From Octopus sinensis (taxonomy: Eukaryota): 64,000 nt of DNA. The position numbers and the translations under genes are program-made. The stretch is from positions 24,998,464 to 25,062,463 of the forward strand of contig NC_043011.1 of the NCBI RefSeq assembly GCF_006345805.1, given 5' to 3'. The notes under the pieces are model-generated. The model did not search any database, was not told the DNA's origin, and worked only from the letters and a program-made list of their open reading frames with translations. Of this stretch, positions 12,573 through 26,562 are shown piece after piece (position 1 is the stretch's first letter; each line of letters begins with the position of its first letter).

Positions 12573-13997
12573 CGATCACCATAGTGAAATAAAATGAAGA
12601 TGCATACTGTTGGCAGCCATTGAAAGTCCGAGAGATTGATGAAGTTTGCAGTTGGAGAAGTTGAATCTCACTGAGTAAAATTTAAAGTAAGATAAAACTT
12701 TCTCCACTGTGAACAACATCAAGGGTAAAGAGACACTGGCCTGCCACTTAGAACCAGCAGCTTCTTAAATATTTCAACATCAACAGTCTCAAATCTCCAG
12801 TTAAGAAGACAGACTAAAGCTCTCATTTATCACAAATATTAGATGCTTTTATATCGAGTATTTAGTATGGAATAGTTAGTTTTTGTTGGGTTTTTTTTGT
12901 TTGTTTTTAGTTTGATTGACAAAATGTGAGAATTAAAGTTATTAAAAAAAAACATTGCGATCATTTTATAGTCAACAAAAAACAAGTGATTCTCAAATAT
13001 TTTGGTTAATTTTATGCTAAGAAAAATATAAGAGATAGTAGCCTAACAACACGAGTATGTATGTTTATAATTTTAAATTTAAAATAAGAAATGGCCAACA
13101 CTTTCATATAAAAAATCCTTTTTGACATCAATCAACAACATACAGACTTTTATACTGCTAAAAAAAATGAAAAAATTTGGAAAACCCAGTTTCATCTTTC
13201 TCAAGGAATTTTATCTATAAAAACTCTGATATTTTCTTAACCCTTTCATTTATTATTAAGTCACAATAGTTCTTTGTGGATTTTATTTGTCCTGTGCAAG
13301 ACAGAGTCAACAAATGAACTACTTTAGCTTCTGGAAGTAACTGCAATAAAGAATCCAAAACTAGACACCAACTTGATTTTTAAAAAAAACCTTCCTAATT
13401 ACCCCTCTATAACATTTAATATTTCATAGACATTATTAACACTTCATTCTGGCTCAAAATTTATTTTGTTCAAAATAATTATAGAGAGACATACACATCA
13501 TCATCATCATCATCATCATTTAGCGTCCGCTTTCCGTGCTGGCATGGGTTGGACGGTGCAACTGGGGTAGCATAATATTAATTCCAAGTAAACTTACAAC
13601 AAAATTCTAAACTTGTACATGTAATGCAAATCCTGCTAAATTCAATATATTACTACTTTGAAACCTCATAGCAAGCAGCAGACAAACTGAAGGTATTTTA
13701 TGTTCTGTCATAGTCACAAATTAAATGCATTTCTTTCTTAAGTCAATATTTCCAACTTCAGAGGAGTTAGTTTATCCATTCAAAATTATCCATTATCCAA
13801 ACCCTAATAAGTCACAAACCATTCTTCCAAATAAAGGAAAAGCATTTAGACAAAGATAACCACTAAAAGAAAGAATCTGCTAAAGCTGATAGCTATCATC
13901 ATTTGTAACGTCCGCTTTCCATGCTGGCATGGGTTAGGCGGTTTGATTGCAAACTGGTAAGCTGGGGAACTGCACCAGGTTCTGATGTGTATGTGTG

Positions 13998-14878
13998 TGT
14001 GGTCTGATCAATAAGTATCCGGATTGTTGCTATATTAACAAAGCTAAAGCATGCAGAGTGAAGCCACTTGGCTCAGATTGATCTTGTACTCTGTTGTGCA
14101 TATGCCCTAAGTTTTAACATTCTAGCTTATTTCCACTGTTTACAGCAGTGCTTGGAAGGAAGGTGTGTAGCGTGTGATCATTGTATTGATCATTACAGAG
14201 ACAGTTGAGCAGAAAATTTACATCAAATTTTGCCAAAAGCTTGGCGATGTTTGCTCAGAGGTCTATGCAAAGTTTTCAAAAAGATTTCACCATTCTTAAC
14301 ACAATCAAGAAAATCTTGTGCAAATGAAACCCAAGTGTCTTTTTGGTCAGCTGGAAGCAGTTTTGGCACAAACTTGACAGACGTGCATCTCATACCCAAA
14401 TCTTCAGTGATAAAGGACTGAACTAAACCATAACTAATCTGCACATCCTCTGATAACTCATAGATGGTGATTTGATGATTTCCCCTTACAGCTGCACGAA
14501 CATTTGTGATGTCTTTCTCAGTTCTGCTGGTTGTGGGTCTCCCAGAACATTCGTCAATATTGACATTTTTTCGGCCATCTTGGAAACATCTGAACCACTC
14601 CTACACTTGTGTGCAGCTCATGCACTTTCTGCAACACTGCTTAGGCGTCTGAGCAGGTATCGCCATGACAACTTTCTCTGTCATGGTCAATGTGATGATC
14701 ACACGCTACAGACATTCCTTCTAAGCACTCCTGTAAACAGCATAAGTGAGATAGAACATTAAAACATAGTGCACATGCACAGCAGAATCCAAGGTCAATC
14801 TTTGCCAAGCAGCTTCACTCTGCATGCTTTAGCTTCATTACTATGGCAACAGTCCGGATACTTATTGATCAGACCTTG
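13998..14878 (-). mobile_element. Mariner-derived non-autonomous element made of two inverted 5' ends
   Basis: TIRs GGTCTGATCAATAAGTATCCGGA at both ends. Minus arm encodes EWFRCFQDGRK...GRP...EDLGMRCTSVKFVPKLL; plus arm encodes TETVEQKIYIKFCQKLG. Confidence 0.85.
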
Positions 14879-17800
14879 TGTGTATGTATATATATGACGT
14901 GATGGGAATGGTTGAAACACCTTTAATTATACATATATATCTGCTGGATATCTGGGGATGGGTATTAAATAACAATAAATATAAAAAAACAACTCATTGA
15001 AAACACTTCTGATTACAAGGGAAAACAAATTCAAACACTGAAACCCTTTATCTAACATCTATAAGATAATTATTGATTGATGTTATAAGAAGCTATCTCT
15101 AATTGCATCTCCTTCAACCATGTCCAGACCAGGAATTCTATCAGAAAAGACAGGAAGAAGGTTCTTTTAATGTACCTACTTATACTCATAAATGGGGGGT
15201 CGGGAGCTTAAATAATTTTTTAGATGTCATGAACTCTAATGAGTAAGCAATAAGTAAATTCTGTTATCTCTTTGAGTAGAAAAGAAGTTAATGACAGAGG
15301 AAAACTGTCCCACATTTCAAATCCACCACCACACCCCCTGCAGATACATAAACGTATGAGAGGAGACCCACAGTAGAGAAATATATGAAAATGTGTGTGT
15401 GTGTGTGTGCACGCACGCACAAGCGCATATCAACTTGGAGGAAAAGGGTTCTGCAATGGTTGCTTGACCTGTTAGAAATAACAATTAAATCACCCTCAAA
15501 TCTAAATTCATAATCTTAAATAAAGGACACTCTGGATATAGCTGGAATGTAAAAAGATTTGACTTAGCCTTTTACCTACCCCAAGTCAATAAAACAAGTA
15601 AAAATGCAAGTCAGATTATTATCTCATCAATGCCACCCCACTACCAAAATATCCAGCTGTGTTTAAAATTATTATTATTGTTATTATTATTCAAATTATG
15701 CTGAGGTTGACCTTGCTGTTCATCCTTTTGGGATCAATAAAATAAGTACCAGTTGAGCACTGGGGGTCGATGTAATAAATTTAAACTCCCTCTGAAATTG
15801 CTGGTGTTGTGCCAGAATTTGAAAACATTATTATTATTATCATATTAACGTGGCAAGCTGGCAGAATTGTTAGCATGCTGGACAAAATGCTTAGCAGCAT
15901 TTTGTCCGTCTTTAAATTCTGGTTTTAAATTCTGCAACAGTTAGCTTTCCCTTTTATCCTTTCAGGGCCATTATAGTAAGTACCAGTTGAGCACTGGGGT
16001 TGACATAATCAACCAGCCACCTCCTCACAAATTTCAAGTCTTGTGCCTATAGCAGAAAGAATTATTATAATCATTATTGTTATTATTATTATTAACTATT
16101 TAACGAGAGGTGGGTAGATAGCACAAATATGAGACAAAAATGTAATGTAATATTTAGTTCCATCCTTTTTATGTTCTGTGTTCAAATCCCAGCAGGGTCA
16201 GCTTTGTCATTTATCTTTCATGGAGTGACAGAGGGGTTGATAACAATAAGCTCAAGTCAAGTACAAGTAACTGCAGAAAAGTGTTAGTACCAGGATAGAC
16301 TTAACACTTTTACACACACACAGACACACAAATGTGGCCTTGTGACTATGTTAGAAGTCTACAACTATTTTACATTAATTTCTTTCAATGCCAATATGGA
16401 TGGCTTAACATTTTCAAAAGTTAATATTTGGAGCAAATATCTTGTATGGTTGAATGCTGTTCCCAATAATAACCAACTCAACCAAAAAGCAGGAATAGAA
16501 ACTAAATGATCAACCAACCAGACTACAACAAGCAGAAATGTGGACAGCTGACATTAAACAATGATGATGATGATTATAATGATGATTGTTTTGAATAATC
16601 ATGTATTATCTTGAGTTTCAAGGTTTTGATGATAACTGTCTATTTTTAGAATGGCATTGTAGGGTAGGTGTGAGAGACAGGATCTGGCCGATTTGAGTGT
16701 AGAACGGGTAGAATATTTTGGCTGGTTTAAATGTCATAGGCTAAATTCTCTCTCTCTCTTTCTCAAAAAAAAAAAAGGAGACAGTGCATCAGCCAGTAAG
16801 TGTTGTGAGAACAGGCATTTGGCTTTGATTTGTCTGAGAAAATTCCATATGCATAGGACTCAAGTGGTTTACTCGCATAGCTTACAGGGAATTAGGATTT
16901 TGTGATCTAAAACAGGTAAAGTGCTACTTTAAAGGTATCTCACAATCTCTAGTCAATCATACAAAGCAACGTACACACACACACACACATTCAAGATTAA
17001 AATCTCTTGTAGAAAGAAAAGACAAAAACAAAAAACAAAGAGAAAAAAAAATCAGAGAAAATGTTTCAAGAGTGGGCAGGGTGGACCACCACCTTTTAGG
17101 GTCTGGCAGTTGATAGCAGTTCTGGTGAAGGTGGTTTTGATGACTACCCCACCACCACCACCACCACCACCACCACCACCACCGATATCTTTGGTGGTAA
17201 CCTAAATCAATTTTATGTAGGTTGTAGAGCCTGAGAAAAAATGCATATTGTCCAGACTTGACCTAAAAGTATCATCATCATCATCACCACCACCACAATC
17301 AGCTTCATCAAACATGACTCTGCTGCTTTTACTTAACCTGAAAGAAGAAGCACTTAGCTTCTAAAAGTTTGTAAACTGATAACTGTCTTATGCTAATTCT
17401 ACTATATCTTACCTCCACGCCCTTCACCTTAAACACACATTTCTGTATACTATCACAAAAGTTTTCACCTTATCAAGTACCTCCTCGCAAAATACTTAAG
17501 ATAGGCAGTTCTACAGGAGAGAAATCCAGGTTGTTCTAGACCTACTTTACTATCAGTATTGCTGCTGCTGCTACTACTACTACTACTACTACTACCACTA
17601 CTACCACCATGCCAACACCATTATTACAATAAAGTTTCATGGAAAAATTAATTTAATAAAGAACCTTTACCTTCTGACAGAAAGCTTTATGACCATGCAC
17701 AATTCTATCACAGCAAACTAAGGAAATTCAATACAACTAGAAATATTGATATTGGATGTGGTGACAATATTTTGGTCTCTGCTCTCATTTTCAATGAATT

Positions 17801-19194
17801 ATATCTAAGATGGAAGGCATGAGGTCATAAAATTTGGTGAGACATAGGTTACCAATATTTAACTCTTTAGTTTTCAAACTGGCCATATCCAGCCCAAATA
17901 TTCTACTCATTTTATGGTAAAATCAACCAGATCTGGCCTCTCACACTTACCCTACAATATCGTTCTAAAAATAAACAATCACATCATTGAAATATCTCAA
18001 AGCTTTGAGATAATACATGATTAATTCAAAACAATATGAATGAATAAAAAGCATTATATTTGTCAGCATTATCTGAATATTAAAGTGTTAAAATACTGGT
18101 GAAGTACCATACTTGACTGGTACTTTATTATTTCCCAGTCCAACCCACTGAAGGATGGAAAAGCAAAGTAGATAGACCTTAATGGGATTGGAACTCTGAA
18201 TGTAAAGAGCCGTAACTAAATACCGCAAGTGTTACGAATATTAGAATGCTTGTACAACATTAGCATTTCTGCCAATCCATCACCCTCGTGCTCTTTATAA
18301 TGATAATTTCAAGTTTTGGCACAAGGCCAGCAATTCCAGGGGAGAGGTAAGTTGATTACATTGACCCCAGTGTCCAACTGGTACTTATTTTTATTGATCC
18401 CCGAAATGATGAAAGGTAAAGTCGACTTCAGTGGAATTTAGACTCAGAACATAAAGACAGACTAAATGTCACCAAGTATTCTGCCCAGGTATGCTAGCAA
18501 TTCTGCCAGCTCACCAATTTTTGACCTCTTGATGATAATAATAATAATAATTCTTTCTTTCCGTTATATGCATGCACAAGGCCTGAAAATGTAGGAGAGG
18601 AGGCAATCAATTACATTCACCCCAGTGCTCAACTAGTATTCATTTTCTCAAACCCAAAGAATGAAAGATAAAGTTGACTTCAGTGGAATATAGAGAGCCA
18701 GAACAAATTTCTGTTATGCCAGAATAAATTTTGCTAAGCATGTGGTAACAATTCTGCTGGCTCACCACATAATAAAGATTTATTGGGAATAATTAAAAAA
18801 AAGAAACAGGAGAGAAAAGAGGAAACTCAAAACAGAGAACATATCATAAGAACAAGACACTGATGAAACAATAAAGGGGAGGGAGAAGGTACTTATGCGG
18901 TTACTGGATCATCTAGAAAGTACAAAATCTCAAAAATCTCATGCTTTTGTCTTAAAAACTGAAGGACATGATGTCATGTCTCAAAAAAAAAAAAAATTAA
19001 CATGACTGAGTTGTGGTGTTAATAATGTCCTTAAATACAAATTCTGCTTGATCTGAGCTAATTTAGGTCTAAATAATAAGAGAACATAGGTGAAGGGTCT
19101 GTAAGCAATGTTTATGGTGGTCTCTTTTCTACTTTGTCTCTCAAGATTTCAATTGAAAAATTTTCTGAATTTAATATTTATAAATATTAGGACT

Positions 19195-19402
19195 GCAAGC
19201 TGGCAGAATCGTTAGCATGCCAGACAAAATGCTTGGCAGCATTTCTTCTGACTTTACATTCTGAGTTCAAATGCCACTGGGGCTGAGTTTGCCTTTCGTC
19301 CTTTCAGGGTCAATAGCACAAGTACCAGTAGAGTACTGGGGTTGTTGCATTCGACTTATTCCCTCCCCTGAAATTGCTGGTCTTGTGTCAAAATTTGAAA
19401 CC
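19195..19402 (+). mobile_element. Octopus SINE family B (GCAAGCTGGCAGAAT...GCCTTTCATCCTTT...AAGTACCAG). Other copies: 6251-6444(-), 15852-16060(+), 18306-18515(-), 18560-18765(-), 38878-39085(-), 44936-45135(+), 61228-61437(+), 62733-62888(-)
   Basis: tRNA-like head with a GAGTTCAAAT B-box. Shared core resembles the MetaSINE domain (from memory, unverified). Confidence 0.8.
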
Positions 19403-20525
19403 GATACTTATACATACTAAATTTAAGGTAATTAAAAAATTTTAAGGATTAAAAAGAGAGAGAAAAAAAAAACTAATTTAATCTAGTCTTATTAGGAGAG
19501 AATGTAATATAGCAAAAATTTGAGAAAATGATTAGGTTAAAAAAATCAGTTGGTGTAGGATATAAGAAAAAAACAAACAAATTAAGTCAATTAGATAAAG
19601 ACCATGAAGAGATAAGCTAACAATAGAGATCAGAATTAATTTCAAACCAACATTATTAACAGATAAGTTAAAATTACATACACAACTAATGTAACAAACC
19701 TATTAAATTTAATTAGTACTTAGTGTTAAAAACACTAGCAATGGTGGTAGGTGTCTTCAATATGCATGTTTCCATATCATATTTTTTACTTCAGCTTTTA
19801 TCAGCCAGGGGATTAAATTTGGATATATTAGTGTGTACTTTGTGGTTCAATGACCTTCATAACACCACAATGTAAGGCTGCTGCTTTGTTTTTGGTTAGA
19901 ATGAATGAAGCAAACAGAATAAGGTGTATTGTTGAAGGACAGAAGTACAAGAGGCACAGACATTGCTTTGCAACCATGAGGTTTCAGGTTCAGTCCCACT
20001 GGTGAGTGTATTCTACTATAGCCTCCAGCAGGCCAGTGCTTTGTGAGTGAATTCGCTCAATGGAAACTCTGTGTGTGTGTGTGTGTCTGTATTTGTCCCA
20101 CAACTGCTTCACAAGTGTTGCTGGTTTATTTACATTACCATAACTTAGTGGTTCGGCAAAGGCAACTGACAGAATTAGTGCCATGCTTAAAAAATGTACA
20201 GGGAATCAATTTTTTCAACTAAATCCTTCAAGATGATAACCCAGCATGGAGGCAATCAAATAATTAAGAAAAGTAAAAGAGAGAAATACTAGCAGTGTAT
20301 CCCCAAATCCTTAGGGATACGACTTAACAGCTAAGTCAAAGTAAAATAGTTAAGTGGATAAAGTGACATACAACTGCCTTATGGATATCTTTTATAATAT
20401 TTTTTAGGGGCCTCCAATTAGAGGGAGGAGATTGTCCTCAGATAGGAGACTTGGCTCGAATGCTTGCAATAAAATGGAGCTCAGTAAAGACATTAGAGAT
20501 CTAATTGGTGGCGTTAAACCTGATG

Positions 20526-20873
20526 TGAAGGCACATGGCTCAGTGGTTAAAGCATCATGCTCACAATCATGAGATAGTGAGTTTGATTCCTGAACTGGGC
20601 TGTTTGTTGTGTTCATGAGCGAAATATCTTATTTCACATTGCTCCAGTTCACTCATCTATCAAAATGAGTTGCAACATCACTGGTGCCAAGCTGTATTGG
20701 CATTTGCCTTTTCCTTGGATAACATCAGTGGCATAGATAGGGGAGGCTGGTATGCATGGGTGACTGCTGGTCTTCCATAAACAACCTTGTCTGGACTTGT
20801 GCTTCAGAGGGGATCTTTCTAGGTGCAATCTCATGGTCATTCATGATTGAGGTGGGAGGGGCTCTTTACTCTT
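20526..20873 (+). mobile_element. Octopus SINE family C (GTGAAGGCACATGGCTCAGTGG...) with 12-bp TSD TTAAACCTGATG. Related: 31205-31395(-), 31635-31958(-), 36209-36527(+, TSD AGGTACCATC), 37090-37392(-), 43828-44125(-), 46405-46550(-)
   Basis: tRNA-like head. TSDs at 20514-25/20874-85 and 36199-208/36528-37. Confidence 0.85.
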
Positions 20874-22004
20874 TTAAACCTGATGATGGATTAAGCTATT
20901 TCCAAAGCTTCAGAGCTCATATCTCATAACAACTGTTTTATTGTGCTCTTTCAACAAAACAAATCTACCAGCCTTAGTTTATGTTGTAAGAATATACAAT
21001 CCCATTGGATCAAATACTAGTTCAATGTTACTAGAGAGAATGTTACTTATAAAGACTAGCAACTAAAACCAATATGATGTCGCTTTTATTTAATACTACA
21101 ACATGCTGCTGTTTACAATCAGGTTATCATCTATAACCTTCATTTGTTTAAAATTAGAAACAGTTACATTTGAGACACCAATAAGACACTACTATTATTT
21201 CTTAAAATCACGATGTTAATGCCCTGAAAAATATTATGTCATATACCGCCCACCCAGCCTTGATTTTTGTTTTGTAAGAAAGCATTATTGCTCAAAAATA
21301 AACTGAAAATAAACGGATGTGGGTTCATAACAAATGCTAAATTTTTCACAAGAGAACATGCATGTTATGTATATGCTTATTTTCTCGTTTCAACACTCAC
21401 ATCATTAATCCTTTAGAATTTTAAGACTAAGTATTTACATAACAATGTCTTTGAAAAGAGGCCGTTATTCTTGTTCCCATAATTTAATTTTTTTTCATTT
21501 CATTTTAGTAATATATTGACATCTGACACAGATATATAGAGAAGGATGAACTAAGATTATGTTACAGCCATCCCTTTCTGAAGGACATTAACTAGCAATG
21601 AAAATGTAAATAAGTAACTTCAACATGAAAATTAATAAAATCAAAATCATATCACAGAGCTTACTTCCACATCATATCAGACATCACTTTCACAGTTCCT
21701 ATCTGGTCATAAAACACTATTATACATACATTAACAAAATAAATCAAAGAAGTTTCTATGTAGACACTCAACCTATTAAAAATGGCAGTTAAATCTACCT
21801 CAAATCACACACTATTGTAGTGGTTCCCAAACTTGTTTGCTAACTCATGGCATACTTTAAATAAATATTTTGGTGGCCTTTGTGCATAAAATAAAAAATG
21901 TATTTAAAAACAAAGCTATTTATGTATTTTAACCAATAAATATAAATAATTTAAATAACCATATTTTAGTTTAGTTAACAAATTTACAGAGATATTTCAT
22001 ATTA

Positions 22005-22259
22005 CAGTAGTGGCCAAAAGTTTGGAACATTTAAAAAAAAATTGAAACTGCTATGGCCAAGTACAATTCAATTCAAATATATACAACATAGATACATACT
22101 TTTCTAATAATTGATCTAACAGTTCAATATTTTCTAATTGAACCATTGGATCAGTTATTAGGTAAGTATATCCCTATGCTGTATATATTTGAATTGAATT
22201 GTACTTGGGCATAATAATTTGAATTTTTAAAAAATGTTCCAAACTTTTGGTCGTGACTG
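22005..22259. mobile_element. Fully palindromic Tc1-type MITE (255 bp)
   Basis: TA | CAGTAGTGGCCAAAAGTTTGGAACA ... TGTTCCAAACTTTTGGTCGTGACTG | TA. The arms pair almost to the centre. Confidence 0.88.
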
Positions 22260-22267
22260 TATATTAA

Positions 22268-22467
22268 CCCTTTTGTTACCATATTTCTGTCAACATATAA
22301 TGTCTTTGTTTTAAATAATTCTTAAAATAACTTTCTCATTATTAAGCAGAAGATTGGAACAAATTAGCATAAAATTTTTATGGAAGATTATAATTTAAAC
22401 TTCTTTAAAACAGTAAGTTTATGTCATAGAACCTGGGGCAGTTTCAAGCAGGTTGGTTTCAAAAGGG
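22268..22467 (+). mobile_element. piggyBac-like MITE family 2 (TTAA|CCCTTTTGTTACC...AAAGGG|TTAA). Other copies: 5133-5773 (SINE-interrupted), 23296-23516
   Basis: TTAA TSD, CCC/GGG ends, and a shared interior (ATTAAGCTGGTG...TTTGATGGAAGATTTTAAT). Confidence 0.78.
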
Positions 22468-24991
22468 TTAAGATATTATATCTAAGATTTTAGTTTGTAT
22501 TTTTCACATTTTTAAAAATAAAATATCATTATTTTCGTGACACATCAAGTTACATCTTGTGACACACTGATGCACCACAGCATACCATTTGAGAACCACT
22601 GACTAACCATCTTAAAAAATAATGGAGAGGACATAATAGTGATAATGTAGTCTTAGATGCACTACATCTAAAAATAAGATGAGAGGTCACGGCTGAAATA
22701 TCTTTGATCACAGATCTAATTGGTCAGGGCTTGCTTAGGGCTTAACAACAACATTAACAAACAAACAAAGGAAAACAAGAAATTAAGTGTGAATAAAACA
22801 TAAGAGCAAGCCAAAACATTCATGTTCTCTTTCATTTGTTTGGTATCAGTATACAGTTTCTAAGTTCTAAAGAGGTCACATTCCAAAACATTATATATGC
22901 GTGTGTGGGAAGAGAGAGAGAGAGAAATATATAGAAAGGAGATTTGTTTATAAAGAAATTATTTTAGATACACAACCATCTTTAAGAGAAGGAGGAAACA
23001 ATAGGAGGGAAAGAGCGAGAAACAGACAGATTTCTATTTGATAAAATATGCTCCTCCTATCAAGAAAATCTACAAGTACCAGCATGTGGAGAGTACATAG
23101 CATGTTAATAGTCTGATATTAAAGAATGACCATCTTACTAATTGGCAAGAAAGAAAGGATAAAAACTATTGCAAAATGTAGATTAAATCTCAAGTTTCAG
23201 GCAAGCAAATAAACTAAAGCTGACAATAATTTTTTTCTTTTTGGTAATAGAAATTTGATAGTTTTCTTTCTCTTTAGAGACTGCTATTTCTTTAACTCTT
23301 TCATTACCATATTTCTGCTGAAATATACTCCCTTTGTCTTAACTAATTTTTAAAATAATTAAGATTTAGTTAGATAATTTTGTCATTATTAAGCTGGTGC
23401 TTGGAACTTAAATAAGCACAAAATTTTGATGGAAGATTTTAATTTAGACCCTTTTAAAACAAGATGTTTGTGTCCTAGAACAAGAGATTGTGGAAGATGA
23501 GTTGGTAACCAAAGGGTTAAATAGCATGTTTAGCCCCAGTTCAGTCTTGATTGAGCAGACTTATGGTTAAAAATCATTCAGCCACAACTTCCTAATTAGC
23601 CTCACCCACAATATTGAAACTACGCATCCAATTAAGAATTCATTATCCTCAATATGGACTTGTCTGTACTGTGAAGTTCATTTCCTTGCGTGCACGTGTG
23701 TGTGTGGATATATATATATTTGAGTGAATATGTACAGACATAAAACAAGATTTTGTATGAACAATCAGTCTACAGTGGTAAGAATCTAAGTAGATTATTC
23801 ATTACACTCACTCACTCTCTCTCTCTCTCTCTTTTGGTATTTCCTTGTCAAGGATATTTCCAAGGTTTGTTCATCACTCTGGGAGCATTCACCAACAAAT
23901 TTCATTAGTGTGAAGAAAGAGACTCGAGTTTGATCCAAATAGTGCTTAGCATTTAAAGTTTCAGGCATATGGCTCAGTTTAACATGTAATGAATGTGGGC
24001 AGGTTTGTCTAAATTAAGCAAACCTTAGAAATGAAAAGAGAAACCACATGCACATGGAAGTTGTTAGCTATGAATTATATACAGCAGAAAAGCATGTTTA
24101 TCACAAGGCAGACTGAAATGTTATATTAAGATTCACCACAACAATATTATAACATCTACTGCCAAAGATACTCATCATTGCTACAATTGTCCAAAAGATT
24201 GCAAGTCTCTAGCAGGAGCGAAAAGCCACATACATATTGCTCATGTTTCAGAGGACAATCAAACAATGGCATTACTTGAAACTGAATTGCAGCTATCATC
24301 CACAGCACAGCCATGTTGAGACAATGGGAGACTAGTCCAAGTGTAGAGGAACAGCAATGCCACAGTCTTTCACTCTGATGCCTTCTCTCAGTACCTGAAG
24401 AACAACAATGACAACTGGTATCACTACTTAGACAGCTATCATTTTCACTTCTGCTAGAATCTCTCAAACTCGTTCAAAGGAACAAACATGATGGGGTTCC
24501 TGGTTTAGCTGGCAAATAATCCAGTATGATTATATATTGCTGCAAGCAAAGAGCCAAATATCCCAGATGTATACATAAGATAAATAGATGTGGCATGGCC
24601 TGTTTCACAATCATGAGGTACCAGGTTCAATCCCAGTGTGTGGCATTTTGGTTAAATGGATAAATCCAAATTTTGTGGGTGAACCTAAATAAACCAAAGC
24701 TGTTTGGTAAGCCACTAGATGGATTGTACATGTAACTCAAAAGACTTAACCTTGATAAGATAAGTGTGTGTGTGTCTGTGCTTGTCCCCCCACCACCATC
24801 GCTTGACAACCGATGCTGGTGTGTTTACGTCCCAGTAACTTAGCGGCTTGGCAAAAGAGACTGATAGAATAAATAATAGGCTTACAAAGAATAATTCTTG
24901 GGGTTGATTTGTTTGACAAAAGGCCACAGTCAAATGACTGAAACAAGGGAATAAAACAATAAAAGTGGGTGTGTGTATGTATGTATGTACG

Positions 24992-25033
<42 letters not shown>

Positions 25034-25614
25034 GAAGGAATAGCTGTGTGGTTGTGTGGTTAAGAAGCTCACTCTGCAACCATACAGTTTCAGGTTGAAT
25101 CTCACTATGAGGCACCTTGAGTTAGTGTCTTCTACTATAAGCCCAAGCTGATCAATGTCTTGTAAGTGGATTTGGTGGACAAAAACTGTGTGGAAGGCCA
25201 TCATACATATGTGTATGTGTGTGTGCACGCACCTTTGTGTTTGTCCCCACCCACCACTTGACAACTGGTGCCAGTTGGTTCGTGAGCTTGTAACTAAGCA
25301 GTTTGGCAGAAGAGACCAACAGAATAAGTACCACACTTAAAAAAATAAGCACCGGGATTGATTTATTTAACAAACCCCTTCAAGGTGGTGTTTCCAGCAT
25401 GGCTGCAGTCCAATTACTGAAACACATAAAAGATAAATGATAAGATTCCAGAGGTAGCTATTGCACCACTCTGTGCTCATGATGACGATGGCAGTAGCAG
25501 TGGTGGTGGTGGTGGTGGTATGGTGGCAATGATTATGCTTGTGACATTAAAGTATTAGAGTTCAAAACTGACTATACTGTATGGGCTAAGTCATATATGT
25601 TACTTTAGCTGTGA

Positions 25615-25646
<32 letters not shown>

Positions 25647-26376
25647 CACCATCACTGCCACCACTTCACTGCAGTCTACAAGACAGGATATGGGGAAAAG
25701 GTGGCTGCAGGAGGTACATCATATTCAAGTCAAGAATTTCTTAGGATCTCAGAAAATGTCTGCACATACTGAAGACTAGCATTCACAGAAGGGAACAGGA
25801 GGGGTCTCTGAAAGAAAATTTGTACATGCTGATGAAATTCCTCTCAGAAGCCCTGACTACTACTACCACTACTACTACTACTAACAGTAATAATAAACTC
25901 TTCTCAGAGACCCTGACTACTACTACTGCTACTACTATCACCATTAATAATAATGGTAATAATAATGATAATACTGTCAAGTGGTTAGAAATTTAAAGGG
26001 CAACCAGATGTAAAAAAACCACTTGATCAACAATAAGCAAATGTCTGAATTTTTTAAAGTGAAGAAAGTGGGTTGAAATGTATTTCCACCTATGCTAATC
26101 TAAGAAAATGGGCGTAAAGCAATTTTTATTTATTTCTTCATTAGACTGTGACCATACTGGGGCATTGCCTTGTAGAGTTTTACTCAGACTGAACACCCAG
26201 TATTTGTTTTTTTTTTTTAACTCTGGTATTTATTCTATTGATTTTTGTTGCTGAACGGCTAAATTACAGGATGCAAATAAACCAGCACTGGTTGTCAAGC
26301 AGTGTGAAAGGACACTCACACATATATAAACTGTGTGGAAACCTGTTGTTAATATATATATATATATATTTATTTA

Positions 26377-26562
26377 TTGAGAAAAAAGGTCGCCAGAAAT
26401 TTGGAAAAAAATCTTTTCATTTATTCATTATTATTATTAGTGCTTTTGTTCGTTTTTCAAACTTGTCAAATAGAATTTGTTCAAGAAACAAACGAAAGCA
26501 CTAATAATAACGAATAAATAAAAAGATTTTTTCCTAAAATTCTGGCGACCTTTTTTTCTCGA
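26377..26562. mobile_element. Palindromic TA-flanked MITE (186 bp)
   Basis: TA | TTGAGAAAAAAGGTCGCCAGAA ... TTCTGGCGACCTTTTTTTCTCGA | TA, with ~85-bp arms. Confidence 0.82.

Larger units (their letters stand above)
21818..22601. mobile_element. hAT (Charlie-like) MITE hosting two younger MITEs
   Basis: Ends TAGTGGTTCCCAAAC ... TTTGAGAACCACTG. The 8-bp TSD is not conserved. Confidence 0.65.

Noticed and set aside
17668-17822. Short + frame containing IDIGCG (methyltransferase motif I-like)
   Set aside because: About 50 codons, no start or splice support, no other motifs; likely chance.
23985-24310. Two C2H2-like peptides (CNECGQVC..., CYNCPKDCKSLAGAKSHIHIAH)
   Set aside because: Interrupted by stops; more likely a decayed RTE C-terminus than a zinc-finger gene, and too weak to annotate.
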